Shown piece by piece: positions 60,686 to 64,000 of a stretch of 64,000 bases of DNA. Within the stretch, counting starts at the first letter, position 1. Each line of letters opens with the position of its first letter. A program made the translations under genes and the position numbers. This DNA comes from Tubiluchus corallicola (taxonomy: Eukaryota; Animalia; Priapulida), in contig JAQGDQ010000022.1 in the NCBI GenBank assembly GCA_030141605.1, forward strand, positions 620,001 to 684,000. Reading direction: 5' to 3'. A model generated the notes under the pieces. It had not been told where the DNA came from and did no database searches. It saw only the letters and a list, made by a program, of their open reading frames with translations.

Positions 60686-61701
60686 TCTTGTATAAAACAA
60701 CTGGATTAGAAGATATGCACCGAAACCCAAACTTCAAAACCACGTAATTTCTAATTGAGTTATTAGCCTACATACGCTAGTGCGACTTGCACAAGAATTT
60801 AAATTTTCTCATTCAGCTTACATATACATTAATTTGTTAGTCACGACACCAGTGTAGTGATAGGAGTAAATTCATAGTCGTGATACCAGTATACTTCACA
60901 ATAATAGCAGTTTATTGATAACTTTTAACAAGCATAACTAGCATATGCACAAATATCAACAACGCAGATGAGGAGTTCCGCAGCCACCACCTGATTGAGT
61001 GTGTGACTTTCCTTAAATACATGTACCTCTGTGACGTCATATACATGTGACAGTTTTTGGAGAAGGAGTTCTAGCTTGGAAGGCAGGCCTGTTCATTGCT
61101 GTTTTTCCACTGGACAAAAATTCAACAATAGCGTAGCTTACATGCTGAAAGTTGTCGAACCACAACACTTCAATTCTGGATTCTCCGGAAGTTTCATATA
61201 ATGAAGCTTAATTTGTGATGATACGTCCACCAATTATATAAAATGAACTCACTAATGGCATATGATTAGTAGAAAATGGCGTTAATGATAATAGATTTTG
61301 TCTACTTGCAGAACGAACTATAGCCATTATACTTCCCTATTGTTCGTTGTCTGTATTTCACTGTGTAGTAATGCCAACCTGTTCGCTTATTAAAGATTTT
61401 GCTATGTTTGTCTTTGATGTTTAGTAGGAATAAAAATGCAATTATTTATTCTAAGTCAATGTTCAAAAGTGTCCATTATGTGCAACAAAATACCTAATGA
61501 GCGTACTGACGTGAATTATTATGTGATGAGAGAAATGCGAAAGAAAACCTTGTATGGTTAAATTAGGTTTAATCATCTATAAAATTATTTAGTCATAATG
61601 CCAAACTTGACTAGTAGCTATCATTAAGTCATAATTATGTCACTTTCACTTCTGCGAAGTTTGTGCCGCTTAACTATAAACCCTCAATCAAGTTGCCATT
61701 G

Positions 61702-61702
61702 G

Positions 61703-61769
<67 letters not shown>

Positions 61770-61770
61770 G
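61702..61770. repeat. (GTT)n microsatellite
   Basis: Perfect run about 50 bp upstream of the acceptor at 61819-61820. Confidence 0.97.
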
Positions 61771-61979
61771 AGATGTGCTGTTATTATTAAGCGCCATTCA
61801 AAACTGAATTTAAATTCTAGGTTGTGTGATTTCAAGTGTGTCGAAAGTGCTGCTTTCAGGATATAAGCATTACTCTGCTAGCCAGCCACAATACTTGGCT
61901 TTCACCTGTTTCTTGGAATTGTCTTAAAACTGCAAACTTGTTGACTTCATTCATAAGAATTTCTATACGTACAACGGAG

Positions 61980-62474
61980 ATGACGGCGGTTCTTGCACCA
62001 ACATCATTGTCACCTGTCAGCCGACGAGCACACCTGAAACTCTGGGATTCGTCCGTGGATTCTCATTTACACAGAAGTAGTACTCTTCCACCTTCTAATA
62101 AGGAGGCGGTGCTATCTCCCACAAGAAAGAAGGTTCTGTTGCGTCATCCATCACTTAGAGTTGCTGAAACAAAACTGAAGCCAGAAGAAGATCGTGTCCT
62201 TCTACCAGCCAGATATCGTGGACTGATAAAAACGGCCAAGGCGCATGGAAAGGACAGCATAAAAAACAAAAGCAGAGAGCGCCGCGTTGACCCAAAAACT
62301 GATGACACTGAAGATAATGAGAATCTAACTGAAGAACATCACAGAACTGCGATTAAGGAACAGAAACGTTTAACAATATTAGAAGAAGCTGCATCAGGGT
62401 CTGTGGCAGCCGATTCCTTGAGCGAAAGAGTGAAAGACGTTGGTTTGGCCATTCGATGGATAAAACAGGAAATA
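61980..62474 (+). CDS. First coding exon of a probable FAM167-like protein, continuing beyond the window
   Basis: 165 open codons with coding-like composition ending in VKDVGLAIRWIKQEI|GTGAGT, which resembles the start of the FAM167 domain (IDEAIAWLRKEL). Acceptor at 61820. A possible upstream non-coding exon ends at 59044 (ATTG|GTAAGT). Confidence 0.55.
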
Positions 62475-64000
62475 GTGAGTTTGAAAATTTTATATCATAG
62501 CTTTTTGTACTAAAGGTATCAAGTATCTTAGTCATAATTTCTTATAGATGGCGACATCAGTGCAGTGTATGGTATAATTTGTTCACGACATGTGGAGAAC
62601 TTCACCAGGGGCCCGTATTTTTGTCCTGTATATACTTGACCCATATTAAATGCAAACCATTTCTATTTTCCATGTACATCACAGACAACTAAGCCTTGTT
62701 CTTAACATTGACAATTGTCCCAGATGTCTCACTCTGAAATCAAACAGACCAAGGTAGTTTCACTGTTGTCTGGCAGTTCTTTGTCAGCATTTTGTAGTCG
62801 GCAAGCGTACCTTAATGATATACCGCGAATTAATTTATAACATATCGCAAAACAAGCAAAAATAGTAAGTATAAAACAGCGGACTTTTCGTCCACTTTCG
62901 GCCTTGTCTGTATTGACAAGTTAACTACATTGTAACTTCTGTAATTACAAAATTACATGTTCGGTATAAAAAGTCCAGAAAAGTGACGTATCGAGGTCTA
63001 TCTGTTTACGTGACTGCTGTTTGTCAGTTTCTTTTTGTTGTTGTATGAATTAGATTTATTGAAGGACAGTTATATGATAGTTGCAGATATGATTACAATT
63101 TAGTGCACGTGTTCGTTTAACCGTAAATAACTAAGAGTAAAACACACCTGCCTTACTTAACCTTTTTTAATTTTTTCTTGTTAGGCGTAAATATTTTGCT
63201 TTTTTACTAACTCGAGCTTTTTAAACAAGTAAAAACACTACTAACTGATACATACTCCTGCAGAGTCTCTACACAAATTACTCATGGCCGCTATATAACT
63301 TTGAACAGAAATATAAAGAAGCTTTAATTTCATTCAATTTGCCATCCGATAGAGTGTTAATAATTGTTTTTTGTGACTTCTTCCAGGCAAGTCTGTCTTT
63401 GGGCTTTTTAAGTTCTAATGCATCCATGTTGAGCTAAAGAGTGTGATTATTGACATTGGTTAAGTAGATCTCGATTTGCAAATATTTGCTTAAAACTCAA
63501 GTTGTTGGGTTCAGTCAAATATTTTCATATGCACGACAACTAACGTTATTGGTTTTAGTCAAATATTTTGACGAGGCACCAATGTCTAAAAGATCTGTGC
63601 CCGGAGACGCATGCAAATTAATGAGGTCGCTTAAGCATTCAGCAATTTGAACAGGAGGTCAATTGTACAGATGGTTAAATTAAGTCTACTTATGAGTGAA
63701 AGTATCCTTGCGCAGCAACACGGCCTTTGTCAGCTTAATGTGTTTAGACTTCAGAAGTTTTGCAAGCGTTAACTTGTTTGAATGCTTTTCAAATGTAATC
63801 AAATGTTTGTGGTGCCTGAGGTTATATTATCAGTCATTCGAACTCAACAAATTATACGCCCGTCCCAAATTTAATCTTCTGAATATGTATAACAAAGCTA
63901 AGGCTTTTATTATGCATTTCCTTGAGTGATGATTTCATTAACATAGATGAATACAACGTACAAGCGGCTAGACGTAAATAATCATCTTACCACATGAAAG

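Noticed and set aside
61663-61866. Poly-Leu ORF resembling a signal peptide
   Set aside because: Artefact of the (GTT)n repeat.

Overview
AT-rich, intron-rich eukaryotic DNA, by gene content most likely an invertebrate animal. I could rebuild seven host genes by hand from GT-AG splice sites with consistent phases: ATXN7L3/Sgf11 (-, runs off the left edge), a macoilin/TMEM57 gene whose CDS is a single exon (-), eIF2-alpha (+), a secreted fibrinogen-domain protein (+), CHIC1/2 (-), MAPK15/ERK7 (+) and the first coding exon of a probable FAM167-like gene (+). The most striking accessory feature is a complete 2548-bp hAT element (44028-46575) with perfect 19-bp TIRs and a perfect 8-bp TSD. Its intronless, visibly GC-richer, disabled transposase resembles, from my recollection only, hAT-like proteins of oomycetes, red algae and mosses, so it is a candidate horizontal transposon transfer. 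Other points of interest: a MULE-like element in the eIF2-alpha 5' region that could supply an in-frame alternative first exon, nested hAT MITEs, a possible retro-derived macoilin that might share a promoter with ATXN7L3, and a tandem duplication of a splice donor. No CRISPR array, rRNA or intact tRNA was seen. All family assignments come from motif recognition, not database searches.
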